The notes below the pieces were generated by a model. It saw nothing but the letters and a program-made list of their open reading frames with translations. It did not search any database and had not been told where the DNA came from. Of a DNA stretch of 64,000 nt, positions 39,977-52,000 are shown one piece after another. Source of the DNA: Methylobacterium sp. (GTDB lineage Bacteria > Pseudomonadota > Alphaproteobacteria > Rhizobiales > Beijerinckiaceae). The DNA lies in NCBI GenBank assembly GCA_002928875.1, contig PERO01000016.1:9519-73518 (forward strand). Direction: 5' to 3'. The translations under genes and the position numbers were made by a program. Each line of letters begins with the position of its first letter. The first letter of the stretch is position 1.

Positions 39977-42637
39977 ATGCAACCAAAAGAACGGCGCACG
40001 ATCGTCGCCCACGGACGATTAGCGATGCGTGAAGTGCGGCTCGCCGCCGCACGTGAGCGCCGTCATGGCCTCCAGATCATAACCTTCGAGGGGCTCGCCG
40101 CGCGCCTGGCCGGCGGCTTGTCGCGTCCGGTCGACGACGAGACATTGCGCACCACCATCCAGCGGATGCTGCCGGACGTCGAGCTAGGCGAGCTTGATGG
40201 CCTCAAGGCTCTGCCAGGCATGGTGGGAGCCGCCACTGAAACGCTCCGCAAGGCATGGCGCGCGGGCGTCGACTTGCAGGCGCGTGCCAGCGAGCACCCA
40301 CGCATTGCATCTCTCGCCAGCCTTGAAGAAGCAGTGCTTGCCGCCTTGCCGCCGGCCATGATGCGTCCGGTCGATTTGGTCGCGGCAGCCTTGCAGCGGC
40401 TGGACCATGTCGACGCCCTCTTCGGGCCGATCGAGATCGTCGGAATAACCGAGCTGTCGCCGTGCTGGCGGCCGCTTCTGCACGCTATCGCTCAGCACGT
40501 GCCGGTTACCTGGAGCGCCGGTCCGCGGTCGACGCCTGCCTGGCTCGACGGAGCTGTTATCGACGTGACGCGGAGTGATCCGCACACGCCAGAGATTGTC
40601 ACCGTCAGCGCCTCGACCGCCTATCACGAAGCCATCGAGGCGCTCCGTTGGGCACGGCAGCTCGTCGCGTCCGGCGCGGCTGATCCCGCCGAGATCGCCA
40701 TCGCATCGGTCACGCCGGCTGATTACGACGACCATTTCCTGGCTTTGCGGGCCGACGCCAATCTCGACCTTCACTTTGTGCATGGCGTCAAGATCACGGC
40801 CTGTAGGGAAGGTCAGGCAGCCGCCGCGCTCGCGGACATCCTTGTGCGCGGGCTTTGTCAAACGCGGATGCGGCGTCTGTCGTCCCTGCTGGCCGCTTAT
40901 CCCGGCGCATTTCAGGCTTTGCCACCGGACTGGACGCGCGTCCTGCCGGCAGATGCTCCCCTGGCGTCGCCCCAAGCCTGGACCCACCTGCTCGACCGCC
41001 TGACCGCTGCCGACTGGCCCGACGAAATCGATCATGGTCCGGCGTTGCGCGAGATTATCGGTCTGCTGTCGCAGGGCGTAGCTGCGGCCGAAGCAGTTGG
41101 TGAAGCACTGCTGAATGGCAGGACCTTGGCCATCTGGCGCAAGGCGCTCCTTGCCGGCCCGGCCGCCTCGCTTGATCTTACCCTGGAGACGTTGAAGCAG
41201 GACGACGGTCTGGATGCCTGCGTCTCGGTCGCATGGATGCCTGCAAGCGCGTTGGCGGCATCGCCGCGCCGCTTCGTTCGACTCCTCGGCCTCAATTCCT
41301 CGCGTTGGCCGCGCGGCATTTCGGAAGATCGCCTCCTCTCCGATCACATCATCCCCACGGCTGAGCTCGACCCGCTCCCTGTCGGCGCGGCCGACCGGCG
41401 GGATTTCGCAACAATCCTCGCGACCAGCGAGCGCCAGGTTGTCCTGTCGCGGGCGCGACGGGACAGCGATGGCCGCCTCCTCGGCCGCAGCACCCTCCTG
41501 CAGGGCCAGCCCGATGAGGTTTATCTCCGGCGCAACCGGGTGCCGGATCACGCCTTCAGCGAAACCGACCGGCTGACCGCCCGGCCGCAGGAATTCCGCG
41601 CGCTCCCGCAAGCCGTTTCGGCGGCCGCCTGCTGGCGCAACTGGCTGCGGGAGGAGATTACTCCCCATGACGGACTCGTTCGTGCCGACCATCCGGTGAT
41701 CCAGGCCATCCTGGCGCGCACCCAATCGGCCAGCTCCCTTCGCAAGCTCTTGCGCAATCCGCTCGGCTTCGTCTGGCACTACGGCCTGCGCTGGCGCGCG
41801 CCCGAAAGCGGCGACGACCCGCTCGTTCTCGATGCGCTGGCAATGGGCGATCTCGTTCACCAGATTCTGGATCGGGCTCTCCGCACACTCGAAGCCAATG
41901 GCGGACTGGCCGCTGCAACGGGGCAACAGATTGCCAGCGCCGTCGATGGCGCTGCCGGTGAGGTTGCCGAAATCTGGGAAACCGAACGTCCTGTGCCGCC
42001 GCGCGTAATCTGGCGGCGCACCCTCGACGAGGCGCGGGAGTTGAGCCGGCGAGCCCTCGCTTTTGGCGACGAGCGCCTGCCTGATGCCCGCGCCTTCGGC
42101 GAGGTCCCTTTCGGAGGCGCCGAGCCCAAGACCAATGACGCGCTGCCCTGGGACGCCACCGCCAGCGTCGGAATTCCTGGCACTGACTTCCGGATCGCCG
42201 GCTACATCGATCGGCTTGATGTCTCCGCCGGCGGCCGCCGCGCTCTTGTGCGTGACTACAAGACCGGCCGTAAGCCCAAGGACACCATCATTCTCGATGG
42301 CGGCAAGGAGCTGCAGCGCTGTCTCTATGCCTTCGCCGTGAAGGCGATGCTCGGCGACGATGTCGCCATCAGCGCCTCCCTGCTCTTTCCCCGCGATGAG
42401 GTTGATCTGCGGCTCGAGGATCCCGAAGGCACTTTAGCGGACGTCGCCGGCTATCTGTCCGCCGCGCACGCCAGTCTCCTTGCCGGCGGTGCCGTACTCG
42501 GGGCCGACACCGGCGGGACATATGACGACCTCGCCTTCGCATTGCCGGCTAACGCCGGCGCCACCTATTGCAAGCGCAAGATTGCCGCCGCCACCGAGCG
42601 CCTCGGGGACGCCGCGCAGGTCTGGGAGGCTCAGTAA
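39977..42637 (+). CDS. AddB-like PD-(D/E)XK nuclease
   Basis: SASSL..LLRNP, GDLVHQIL, EVPFG, GYIDRLD..VRDYKTG, Q..LY motifs. No Walker A visible. Confidence 0.85.
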   Translation: MQPKERRTIVAHGRLAMREVRLAAARERRHGLQIITFEGLAARLAGGLSRPVDDETLRTTIQRMLPDVELGELDGLKALPGMVGAATETLRKAWRAGVDLQARASEHPRIASLASLEEAVLAALPPAMMRPVDLVAAALQRLDHVDALFGPIEIVGITELSPCWRPLLHAIAQHVPVTWSAGPRSTPAWLDGAVIDVTRSDPHTPEIVTVSASTAYHEAIEALRWARQLVASGAADPAEIAIASVTPADYDDHFLALRADANLDLHFVHGVKITACREGQAAAALADILVRGLCQTRMRRLSSLLAAYPGAFQALPPDWTRVLPADAPLASPQAWTHLLDRLTAADWPDEIDHGPALREIIGLLSQGVAAAEAVGEALLNGRTLAIWRKALLAGPAASLDLTLETLKQDDGLDACVSVAWMPASALAASPRRFVRLLGLNSSRWPRGISEDRLLSDHIIPTAELDPLPVGAADRRDFATILATSERQVVLSRARRDSDGRLLGRSTLLQGQPDEVYLRRNRVPDHAFSETDRLTARPQEFRALPQAVSAAACWRNWLREEITPHDGLVRADHPVIQAILARTQSASSLRKLLRNPLGFVWHYGLRWRAPESGDDPLVLDALAMGDLVHQILDRALRTLEANGGLAAATGQQIASAVDGAAGEVAEIWETERPVPPRVIWRRTLDEARELSRRALAFGDERLPDARAFGEVPFGGAEPKTNDALPWDATASVGIPGTDFRIAGYIDRLDVSAGGRRALVRDYKTGRKPKDTIILDGGKELQRCLYAFAVKAMLGDDVAISASLLFPRDEVDLRLEDPEGTLADVAGYLSAAHASLLAGGAVLGADTGGTYDDLAFALPANAGATYCKRKIAAATERLGDAAQVWEAQ

Positions 42638-45600
42638 TGAATGCCCCGCTGAAACCGCTCGCCGATGATGTGGCGCGGCGCACTGTGATCGCGGTTCACG
42701 ACCGCTCGTTCTTGGTCGAAGCCGGTGCGGGTTCCGGCAAGACCGCCGTCATGGCCGGTCGCATCGCCCTGATGCTGGCCGAAGGCATTGCGCCAAGGAC
42801 GATCGCCGCGGTGACGTTCACCGAGCTCGCGGCCAGCGAGCTTCTCATCCGTGTCCGCGACTTCGTTGGCGAGTTGGTGGCAGGTCGCATTCCCGCCGAG
42901 CTTCGGGTTGCCTTGCCCTATGGCTTGTCCGAAGACCAACGCCGCAATCTCGCGGCTAACAGCGCGGCGATCGATGAAATCACCTGCTCGACCATCCACG
43001 GCTTCTGTCAACGCCTGATCAAGCCTTATCCCGTCGAGGCGGACATCGATCCCGGGGCGGTCGTGATGGACCGCGACCAGGCGGACCTCGCCTTTGCGGA
43101 AATCGTTGAAATCTGGCTTCGGGAGGAACTTGCCGACGATGCTGGCGGACTGCTTGCCGAAATGGTCCTGCAGGATCCGGGCGAGACCGTCGGGCTGATC
43201 CACAAGATTCTCACGCATCTCCGCAGCCGCCGCACGCTGGCTGTTGAGGCGCCCGAAGCGCTGGAACCGCTCATCGGAGCCGTCCGGCAGACAGCAGACG
43301 GCTTCGCATCTTGGCTGCACACGGCCGGAGTCGATGAGCCGGAGACCGCTGACATCGCGACGCGATTCTTGGAAATGGCCGAAGCCATTGAGGCAATCTC
43401 GCCGGCGGAGCCGGCCGATCTGGTGCGGCTGTTGCTCGCGCGCGCCCATCCCGATCTCTGCACGGCCGGAGGAAGCTTTCGCGCCTACAAGAAGAAAGGC
43501 AAGTGGTGCGAAGCCGCCAAACACGCGGGCCTCGCCAAGGCGGATGGCGATCGCTTGAACGCTGGCGCGGAAGGCCACTACAAAGCCTGTTGCGAAGCAT
43601 GGACCGTACTGTCGCAGGCGGCCGCGTCGCGCATCCTCGCCGAATTCGTCCAGCTAGTGCAGCCGGTCATGGATCGCTTCCGCGACTACAAGCGCTCGGC
43701 TGCGCTTCTCGATTTCGATGACCTCATCTTCGCCGCACGCGCCCTGTTGCGCGACCATGGAGCGGTGCGCCGTGCGCTGGCCGCGCGCTTTGCGCATGTC
43801 CTCGTCGATGAGTTTCAGGACACCGACCCTTTGCAGACCGAAATCTTCTGGCGACTGTGCGGCGACCCGCAGGCTGGAGCAGACCGCGACGATTGGACCA
43901 CGTTCCAAATCCGGCCGGGAGCGCTGTTCCTGGTGGGCGACCCCAAACAGGCGATCTACCGCTTTCGTGGCGCCGACGTGGCGGCCTACATCCAGGCGCG
44001 GGAAACCTTCCTTGCGCAGGCACCCGACAGCGTCGTGTCGATCTCGACCAATTTTCGGTCCTGCGAACCAATCCTGAATTATGTGAACGATCGCTTCGAA
44101 CTCCTGCTGTCGGCCGAGAACGGCCAGCCGGGGTTCACCGCTCTTGATGCGTTCCATCCTGAACGGAACGACGGACTGTGCGTCGCGGCCCTCGACATTG
44201 CCGTGGCCGATGCCGACGGCAAGGCCTCGGCCGAACGCCAGCGCGACGGCGAAGCCGAGGCTGTCGCCGACATGTGCGCGCGCCTGATCGGCAGCGAGGC
44301 CATTCTCGATCGCAAAACCGGTGAGCGCCGCGCCTGCCGGCCTGGTGACATCGCTCTTCTCGCGCCGACGGGAAGCGATCTGTGGCGCTATGAAGAAGCG
44401 CTGGAGCGGCGCGGCATTCCAGTTGCGACTCAGGCCGGCAAGGGACTGTTCCGGCGCCAAGAGATCCAGGACCTCATCGCGCTCACGCGAGTGCTTGCCG
44501 ACCGCCGCGACACGCTCGCGCTGGGCGCGCTGCTTCGTGGTCCACTGGTCGGGCTGACTGAGGAAGAATTGCTGGACATTGTCTGGGCGCTCCCGCGCTC
44601 CGAAGATGCGCCCGACGCCTTGCCGCGACTGGACCTCCACGTGGCTCCGGAAACGATCACTCATCCACATGCGCGCGACATCATCGAGAAACTTCAGGCG
44701 CTGCGGCTGAGGATGAACGCCACGACGCCGCACGACCTGCTGTCGCAGGCCATCGACGTGCTGCGCGTGCGGCCGATCCTCCTTCATCGGCATCGCGACC
44801 AGGCCGAGCGTGCCCTCGCCAATGTCGATCTCTATCTTAGCCTCAGCCGGGCGTATGCGGTCCGCGGCCTGCGTGCCTTCGCGGAGGCGATGACGGCCGC
44901 GTGGACCGACGAGGCCCGCGCCGTCGAAGGCCGCCCCGATGCTCAGGAGGAGGCGGTTGCGCTCTACACCATGCATGCCGCCAAAGGGTTGGAATGGCCG
45001 ATCGTCGTCCCCGTCAACACAATGACGCAGATCATGGCACCGGAGAGCGCGATCACCGACCGTGCCACCGGCCGCTTCTTTTGTCCGGTGTTCGGCGTGA
45101 AGCCGACGGGTTACGAGGCGGCGCGCGATGCAGAGAAGGCCGAGCTCGACCGCGAGCGCATCCGTCTCTGGTATGTCGCCGCTACGCGGGCGCGCGAGCT
45201 GCTGGTTCTGCCGAGGCTCGATGTCGCTGCGAAGGGATCGGCCTGGATTTCCCTTCTGGACCTGTCGCTGGCGGAACTGCCGGCGCTCGATCTTAGCCAT
45301 CTGCCGCCCGAGGTCGGGTCCGATGGGGCTGGCGCGCAGAATCCCCAGACCCGCGAAATCTTCGCGGCCGAAGCGGAGATGATCGCAGAGCGCCGCCAGC
45401 GCATTGTCTGGCTCGCCCCCAGCCGCGACGAGAATGCCACCGGACCGGCGTTGCATGCCGAGCTACCAGAGATCCTGGTGACCGATGTCGACGATGCGCC
45501 TGTTGAGGACGGCATCGTCCAGACGATCCAAGGTGGTCGCGAGCGCGGCGTCATTCTGCACAAGCTCATCGAAGAGGTCCTCACTGGCGAAACAGCGGAG

Positions 45601-46041
45601 ACGGAGCCCGCTCTCATTGCCCGCGCCGAAGCCTTGATCCGCGCCATTGGCCAGCCGGTGGCCCCTGACCCTGCTCAGGGACTTGCAGCGGCCGAACTCG
45701 CGGCTTGTGTTCTTCGCGCTCTCGCTTTGCCGGAGATAGTCGCTCTGCGGCCCGGTCTCTTGCCGGAATTTCCAGTCTACGCCTCCATCTTGACCGAAGA
45801 GCAGGAGGAAGCAACGGCCGGGATCGCCGATGCGATTGCCTTTGGCCCCGATGGCGCGCCTCAGGTGATCGTCGATTGGAAGAGCGACGTCGCGCCCGCG
45901 CCCGAGACGCTCGACCACTATCGCACTCAAGTGCGCGCCTATTTGGATATGACCCAAGCCGAACGCGGGCTGATCGTGCTGGTGACCTCCGGCGCAATCA
46001 TCCCCGTCGGACGCACGAACCCGGCCGTCGCGGTTGCCTGA
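42637..46041 (+). CDS. AddA-like UvrD helicase with C-terminal RecB-type nuclease
   Basis: AGAGSGKT, STIHGFC, VDEFQD, GDPKQAIYRFRGAD, TMHAAKGLE, YVAATRAR; GIAD...VDWKSD. TAATG stop/start overlap with the upstream gene. Confidence 0.92.
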   Translation: MNAPLKPLADDVARRTVIAVHDRSFLVEAGAGSGKTAVMAGRIALMLAEGIAPRTIAAVTFTELAASELLIRVRDFVGELVAGRIPAELRVALPYGLSEDQRRNLAANSAAIDEITCSTIHGFCQRLIKPYPVEADIDPGAVVMDRDQADLAFAEIVEIWLREELADDAGGLLAEMVLQDPGETVGLIHKILTHLRSRRTLAVEAPEALEPLIGAVRQTADGFASWLHTAGVDEPETADIATRFLEMAEAIEAISPAEPADLVRLLLARAHPDLCTAGGSFRAYKKKGKWCEAAKHAGLAKADGDRLNAGAEGHYKACCEAWTVLSQAAASRILAEFVQLVQPVMDRFRDYKRSAALLDFDDLIFAARALLRDHGAVRRALAARFAHVLVDEFQDTDPLQTEIFWRLCGDPQAGADRDDWTTFQIRPGALFLVGDPKQAIYRFRGADVAAYIQARETFLAQAPDSVVSISTNFRSCEPILNYVNDRFELLLSAENGQPGFTALDAFHPERNDGLCVAALDIAVADADGKASAERQRDGEAEAVADMCARLIGSEAILDRKTGERRACRPGDIALLAPTGSDLWRYEEALERRGIPVATQAGKGLFRRQEIQDLIALTRVLADRRDTLALGALLRGPLVGLTEEELLDIVWALPRSEDAPDALPRLDLHVAPETITHPHARDIIEKLQALRLRMNATTPHDLLSQAIDVLRVRPILLHRHRDQAERALANVDLYLSLSRAYAVRGLRAFAEAMTAAWTDEARAVEGRPDAQEEAVALYTMHAAKGLEWPIVVPVNTMTQIMAPESAITDRATGRFFCPVFGVKPTGYEAARDAEKAELDRERIRLWYVAATRARELLVLPRLDVAAKGSAWISLLDLSLAELPALDLSHLPPEVGSDGAGAQNPQTREIFAAEAEMIAERRQRIVWLAPSRDENATGPALHAELPEILVTDVDDAPVEDGIVQTIQGGRERGVILHKLIEEVLTGETAETEPALIARAEALIRAIGQPVAPDPAQGLAAAELAACVLRALALPEIVALRPGLLPEFPVYASILTEEQEEATAGIADAIAFGPDGAPQVIVDWKSDVAPAPETLDHYRTQVRAYLDMTQAERGLIVLVTSGAIIPVGRTNPAVAVA

Positions 46042-46059
46042 AAGCGGGACGCGACGCGG

Positions 46060-47238
46060 ATGTCATCTCTTGCCTGGATCGATTTCGATGAAGCCGAGCG
46101 CCAGCGCGCGCAGCGGATCATGGCTCTCTTTCAGGAGCGCGAAAGCCGCGACGAGCTGGGGCTGGGCGCCATCCGGGATTCGATCGCGGACCACCTTTTT
46201 CCGGGGACGAGCACGATCCAGACCCGCTTGCGGTATATGCTCTTCATCCCCTGGCTGTTCCGCACGCTGGAAGGTCGGGACGTTCCCGAAAGCCAGCTTC
46301 GCACCGAGGCGCGCGCCCTGGAAATTCGGCTAGCCGACGCGCTGAAGGCTGGCGGAGAGTCGAATGGCATCATCGGCCGCGACGCCGGTCCAAGGCTGCA
46401 GCGGCTGCCCAGCTCAGTCTATTGGGCCGGGCTCGGCGCCTGGGGCATCCGCCTCTTCCCGGGCTCGATCGATAGCCTTTTCATCTCTCTGCGTGGCCTG
46501 AAGCGGCCGCGCGTCTCGTCGGACAGCGAGGACGCCGCGGCAGGTTCACGGGCGGCAGCTATCTGGAATCCAGCCTTGCCACAGGCGCCCAACGGCCTGC
46601 TCGACTGCGCCGCCTTCAGCCTGACCGCGGACGAAGCGCAGTTCATCATCGATCGCCTGGTTGCGGCCCAACCGGCGGCGCTACTGACCATGCTGGCGCG
46701 TGACGGTATCGATGCGGAATGCGACCATATCTGGACCCATCCACATCTGGCATCCTTTCCGGCGGACGCGCGCCGTCTGGTCCGCCACGGCGAGATATTC
46801 TCGCATGTGATGCATGGGGCGGCGCTCCTCTACAATCTCGCGCTCAGCGAATTGCGTGGTCGTGACGATTGGGTCGCGGACTATCGCGAGCGCATTGCGG
46901 CCTGGGCCGCCGAGCTGGATCTTTCCGTCGTTCGCAACTGGTCCCTCGACGATTTCTGGGACGCCGTCGAACATCCCGCCCACAGCGTCCGGCCCGCGGC
47001 CAAGCGCTTCGTGGCGCAGTGGCTCGAACTCGTGGTCGATGGCACCACGCAGATTGCTTCCGCGCCTGCGGCCCGACAACTCGTGGAAGAGCGGGAACGC
47101 CGATTGAAAACCAGTCAATCGCGCTACGCCAACCACGCCGTCCGCGATCGCTGGACTGGTGCTTCCGGCGTCGACCGCCTGAACTTTCGCTGGAACCAGG
47201 CGAGATCGCATTTGAGGGACCTGGCTCATGCTGAATAG
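46060..47238 (+). CDS. DUF6361-like protein (possible Azaca component)
   Basis: WIDF...RDELGLGAIRD..LFPGTSTIQTRLRY..FIPW and PSSVYW patterns, recognised from memory. Confidence 0.7.
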   Translation: MSSLAWIDFDEAERQRAQRIMALFQERESRDELGLGAIRDSIADHLFPGTSTIQTRLRYMLFIPWLFRTLEGRDVPESQLRTEARALEIRLADALKAGGESNGIIGRDAGPRLQRLPSSVYWAGLGAWGIRLFPGSIDSLFISLRGLKRPRVSSDSEDAAAGSRAAAIWNPALPQAPNGLLDCAAFSLTADEAQFIIDRLVAAQPAALLTMLARDGIDAECDHIWTHPHLASFPADARRLVRHGEIFSHVMHGAALLYNLALSELRGRDDWVADYRERIAAWAAELDLSVVRNWSLDDFWDAVEHPAHSVRPAAKRFVAQWLELVVDGTTQIASAPAARQLVEERERRLKTSQSRYANHAVRDRWTGASGVDRLNFRWNQARSHLRDLAHAE

Positions 47239-49084
47239 GCGCAGCCTCGATCCCGAACAGCGAACCCTCTACGGCGCCAACCTCCAGCCGCCGGCCGGCT
47301 ATATCTTCGACGCCGCCGTCGCCACCACGTTCTCGCTCGACTTCGAGACGGCACTCGCGGTGCCGGTCAGCCTGGCGCTGTTTGCCGCCGAGAATCGCGA
47401 GGACATTCTGACTCATCCCTTGGCGCTGCTCGAAGGAGCCGAGCGCATCGCCGGCCGTCTCCTTGTCTTCACTGACGCCGGACATATCCAGGCGCACACG
47501 CGACCGCATTCTCGCCTGTGCTCGTTGCTAGAACGTATCATCGTGGAGGTCGCGGCGCCCAGCGGCGGCGCTTTCCATCCCAAGATATGGGCGCTCCGCT
47601 TCAAGCCGGTACGCTCCGACGAACCGACTCGCCTTCGCCTGCTGGTGCTGTCGCGCAATCTCACCCGCGATCGCTCGTGGGATATCGCGTTGACGCTCGA
47701 CGGCGTGGTCGCGCGACGGCCGCAGGCCCTCAATCGACCTTTGGCCGATCTCATTCGCCGCCTGCCGTACTTTGCGACGGCCGGTCTGCCCGAGGGGGCT
47801 CGCGACCTCACCGAGGGAATTGCCGAGGACCTGCGCCGCACCGATTGGAGCTTGCCCGAACCCTTTCAAAGCCTCGCGTTCGCCGTGAATGGTCTGGGAG
47901 GCAAGCAATGGCGTCCCGAACCCTGCGCCCGGCTCGGCGTGATCTCACCGTTCTGCGACGACACGGCACTGTCAATGCTCGCAGATCTCGCCGGCGCCGA
48001 GAAACCCGTCCTGATCGGCCGCTCGGATGAACTCGCGCTGGTCCCTGCTGCAACGCTCGGCCGTTTCGCCCGGGTGGCGGTGATGGACGAGATGGCGGCC
48101 ACCGAGGATGGCGAGGAAGTAGACGCGACCGCTCTCCAGGGGTTGCACGCCAAGGCCTTCATCACCGAGATGGGCTGGGACACAACGATCACGGTCGGAT
48201 CCGGTAACGCCACCCGCCCCGCTCTTTTGTCGGGAAGCAATATCGAGGTCTTCGCCACGCTCACCGGCAAGCGCTCACGTGTCGGCAGCATCGAGGAGAT
48301 TCTCGGCGAAAAGGGGTTTGGTCGGCTCACACGTCCCTTCGTGCCGAACGAACTGGTCGCCGTCGATTCAGCCCTGCGGGCAGCCGAGGCGCGGTTGGAT
48401 GCCGCTCGCCGCGACATTTGTTGCAGCGGCTTGAAGCTTCGTTGCGAGCGCACCCAATCAGCCGATGACGACGGTCTGCTCTGGCGTGTCTGGCTGATCC
48501 CTTCCACACCGCTCCCGCTCGCCGGCATCGGTGCCTTGCGCATATGGCCCATCACGCGCGGCGAAGGCCATGGCCAAGATGCTCTTGAGAGGCTGCGGCT
48601 GGGGCAGCCGATTGATCTCGGCGCAATGCCGCTGATCGATCTTACACGCTTCCTCGCTTTCCATCTGGTCGACGGGAATGGCGAAGTCTCCCTTCTGTTC
48701 AGCACCGGCCTCCTTCTGGAAGGCCTGCCTCCGGAACGGCACGCCGCAATCCTGCGCTGGGTGATCGACAGCAAGGATGCCTTTTTCCGCTATTTGCGGC
48801 TGCTGCTCTCCGAACTTGGCGACCCGTTCGCCGCCGCGCTCGCCGCACAAGAGGGCTCCGGCCACGGCGCATGGCGCATGGCCGCCGATGACGCGCCGCT
48901 CCTCGAGGAGATGGTGCGCGCCTTCTGCCGGGGCGGCGATCAGCTCCGCGCTATTGAACGGCTGATCACCCGATTGGAGACCGTCGAGCCAGGCGAAGCC
49001 GACCCCATCCCGGCCGAGTTCCGCACCCTTTGGGAGACATTCCGCGTCGCGCTCAAAGCTCAAGGGGGCGTGCATGTCCAGTGA
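47228..49084 (+). CDS. Phospholipase D superfamily protein, probable nuclease, with two HxK motifs
   Basis: TTFSLD, FHPKIW...SRNLT and LHAKAF...GSGNAT. Confidence 0.85.
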   Translation: MLNRRSLDPEQRTLYGANLQPPAGYIFDAAVATTFSLDFETALAVPVSLALFAAENREDILTHPLALLEGAERIAGRLLVFTDAGHIQAHTRPHSRLCSLLERIIVEVAAPSGGAFHPKIWALRFKPVRSDEPTRLRLLVLSRNLTRDRSWDIALTLDGVVARRPQALNRPLADLIRRLPYFATAGLPEGARDLTEGIAEDLRRTDWSLPEPFQSLAFAVNGLGGKQWRPEPCARLGVISPFCDDTALSMLADLAGAEKPVLIGRSDELALVPAATLGRFARVAVMDEMAATEDGEEVDATALQGLHAKAFITEMGWDTTITVGSGNATRPALLSGSNIEVFATLTGKRSRVGSIEEILGEKGFGRLTRPFVPNELVAVDSALRAAEARLDAARRDICCSGLKLRCERTQSADDDGLLWRVWLIPSTPLPLAGIGALRIWPITRGEGHGQDALERLRLGQPIDLGAMPLIDLTRFLAFHLVDGNGEVSLLFSTGLLLEGLPPERHAAILRWVIDSKDAFFRYLRLLLSELGDPFAAALAAQEGSGHGAWRMAADDAPLLEEMVRAFCRGGDQLRAIERLITRLETVEPGEADPIPAEFRTLWETFRVALKAQGGVHVQ

Positions 49085-52000
49085 ACGGTTCCGCGCTGCG
49101 CCGGCCTTGGAGCCCCTGAAGGCGTTCCAGCGCCGCACCGTCGACTACGTTTTCGACCGGCTCTACGGCCCGGATGATCCTGTCCACCAGTTCCTGGTGG
49201 CCGACGAGGTGGGGCTGGGCAAAACCATGGTCGCCCGCGGCGTTATCGCCCGAATGATCGAGCATCTGTGGGACAGCGTCGAGCGGATCGACATCCTCTA
49301 CATCTGCTCGAATCAGGCGATCGCGGCACAAAACCTAAACCGGCTGAACGTCCTCGGCCGGCGGGAACTAGCCCTGCCGACCCGAATGACGCTGATACCG
49401 CTACAACTGCGGGACCAGGAGGGACTCGACGCCAACAAAGTCAACTTTATCAGCCTCACTCCGGGCACCACATTCGATCTCCGATCGGCGACCGGCGTAA
49501 CGCAAGAGCGCGCGCTGTTGCTGCACCTGCTGAAGGATCTCGTCTCGCGTCCGCGCGGGCTCCACAACCTACTGCAGGTCACCGCCGGCGTTGACGGCTG
49601 GACCTGGGCCGTCGACAGCTTGGATTTGCGCGGCGTCGACACGCGCATCATCGAACGCTTCCGCCGCGATGTGCAGGCTGATCGCGATCTCTTCCAGGAG
49701 TTGGAGCGCGTTTGCGAGATGTTCCCGCGCCGGCGGGACGCGTACCCGTGGGAAATGACCCAACCGCGCAACAGCCTCGTGGCAAGGTTGCGCGCGAAGC
49801 TGTCTCACGCCTGCGTGGATGCGCTTCAGCCTGATCTGATCATCATGGACGAGTTTCAGCGCTTCCGCGACCTGCTGCACGGCGACAGCGACGCCGCGAT
49901 CCTGGCGCGCGAACTGTTCGACTATTCAGGCGGCGACGGTCACGCCGCCAGAACCTTGCTCCTGTCCGCGACGCCCTATCGCATGCTGACCCTTGCCGGC
50001 GACGAGCCCGACGAAGGCGATCACTATCAGGACTTCCTGGAGACGTTGAGCTTTCTCTACGGCCGCGACAGGGGGCCGGAGGTAGCCAAGACGCTGGCGC
50101 GCGAGATGCGCGCCTTCCGCGGGTTCCTGCACGGCTTGCCCGCGTCACATGCCGCCGCAGTCGAGGCGCGCAAGACGGTCGAGCAACGTCTACGCCGGGT
50201 AATTGCGCGCACCGAGCGCGTCGCCAGCACTGTCGAGCGCGATTCCATGGTGGGCGAGCCGCCCGTGGCCGTCTCGGTAGCGCCGGCCGATCTCGCGCAG
50301 GCGGCCGCGGTCTCGAATGTGGCGCGTGCGCTCGATGCCCCCGAGATCATCGAGTATTGGAAATCAGCGCCATACCTACTGAACTTCATGCGACACTACA
50401 GCTTGAAGCGCCTGTTGGAAGAGCGAACGAACACGCCATCCGCAGCGCTTCGCAACGCGATCCTGGCAGCGCGGCCTGCCATGCTCGATCACGACTCGCT
50501 CGACGCTTACGCTCCGCTTGATCCAGCCAACGGTCGCATGCGTGCGATCATGGATGACATATTCGGCGCTGGCCTTGAACAGAACCTCTGGATCCCGGCA
50601 GCCATGCCCTACTATGGCGCCCAGAGATCGCAGCCGCCGCTGACCAAGGCACTCATCTTCTCCTCTTGGTCCATGGTGCCCGACGCCATCGCTGCGCTCC
50701 TGTCCTATGAGGCGGAGCGGCGCATGGGCGTCGGCGAATCCGGCCGGCGCTATTTCGAGCATCATCGCCTGCGGCCGTTGCAGTTTCGGCAGGACCAGGG
50801 CCGGTTGGCCGGACTGCGGACGCTCCTGCTGATCTATCCGTCCCCCAAATTGGCCGAGATGGCCGACCCGCTTTCGATCTTCGCCGAGCGAAACGAGCTA
50901 CGGTCGCAGGAAGCAATGCGCGCGGCCATTGCCGACCGTCTCGAGCCGGCGCTTGACGCGCTCAGGCAAGTCGCGGCGCAGGATGGCGGGACCGCCGTTA
51001 ACGAATGGGCCGCCCCTGCCGTGATTGACGAGCTGCTGGGCTCGGGTGCTGGCGCTTGGCTTTCGGCGCCGGGAGGTATGGCCGCATTGGCCAGTGAGGA
51101 GGGATTTCGCGAGCACGTCGCAGAATTGAGCAGCGCCGCGAAGCAACGTGACTTCGGTGCTCTCCCCGACGATCTTCGCGACCTGCTCGTTGACGTGGCG
51201 CTGGGCAGTCCGGCGGTGTGCGCGCTGCGCGCCCTGCGCAGGATCGCGCCGGAGCTTGCTTGGGACCATCCACGTTTGCTCAGCGCCGCCGCCGAGGTCG
51301 CTTGGGCGTTCCGCACGCTGTTCAACCAGCACGACGCCATCGCCCTCCTCCGGCGCGGCGCCGACGATCGCTATTGGCATCGCGTTCTGACCTATGGCGT
51401 CGACCAGAACCTCCAAGCCGTGCTGGATGAATACGCGCACTATCTTGTCGATGCTGAAGGCCTGGGTTCTCGGCCGCCAGCAGAGCGGGCCGTCGGCGTC
51501 GCCCGGGCGATGGCGACAGCCTTGTCCATTCGGCCCTCGCAGATCGATGTCGATGACGTCCACGTCGAAGGCGATGCCCTCACGATCGGGAAATTCCAGA
51601 TGCGCGGCCGTTTCGCGATGCGCCTGGCCGATTATCGGGACGAGGAAGGCGCCGTTGCGCGCCTCGGCGGCGTCAGGGACGCGTTCAATTCCCCGTTCCG
51701 GCCCTTCGTCCTCGCTACCACCTCCATTGGCCAGGAGGGGTTGGATTTCCACCCGTATTGCTACCGCGTCTACCACTGGAATCTTCCGGGCAATCCGGTC
51801 GACCTGGAACAGCGCGAAGGGCGCGTTCACCGCTTCAAGGGACATGCCGTGCGCCTCAATCTGGCGGAACGCCAGGTCTCCGCGGTCCGGGGCAATGGCC
51901 ATACGCCGGATGATCCTTGGAGGCAGATGTTCGACCAGGCCAGATCCGAAGCCCCCGTCGACACAGACCTCATCCCCTATTGGATCTATGAGGGCTCCGT

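Noticed and set aside
39977-46041. Housekeeping addAB
   Set aside because: Located inside a mobile island, coupled to defence genes and lacking the usual chromosomal neighbours. Not formally excluded without the rest of the genome.
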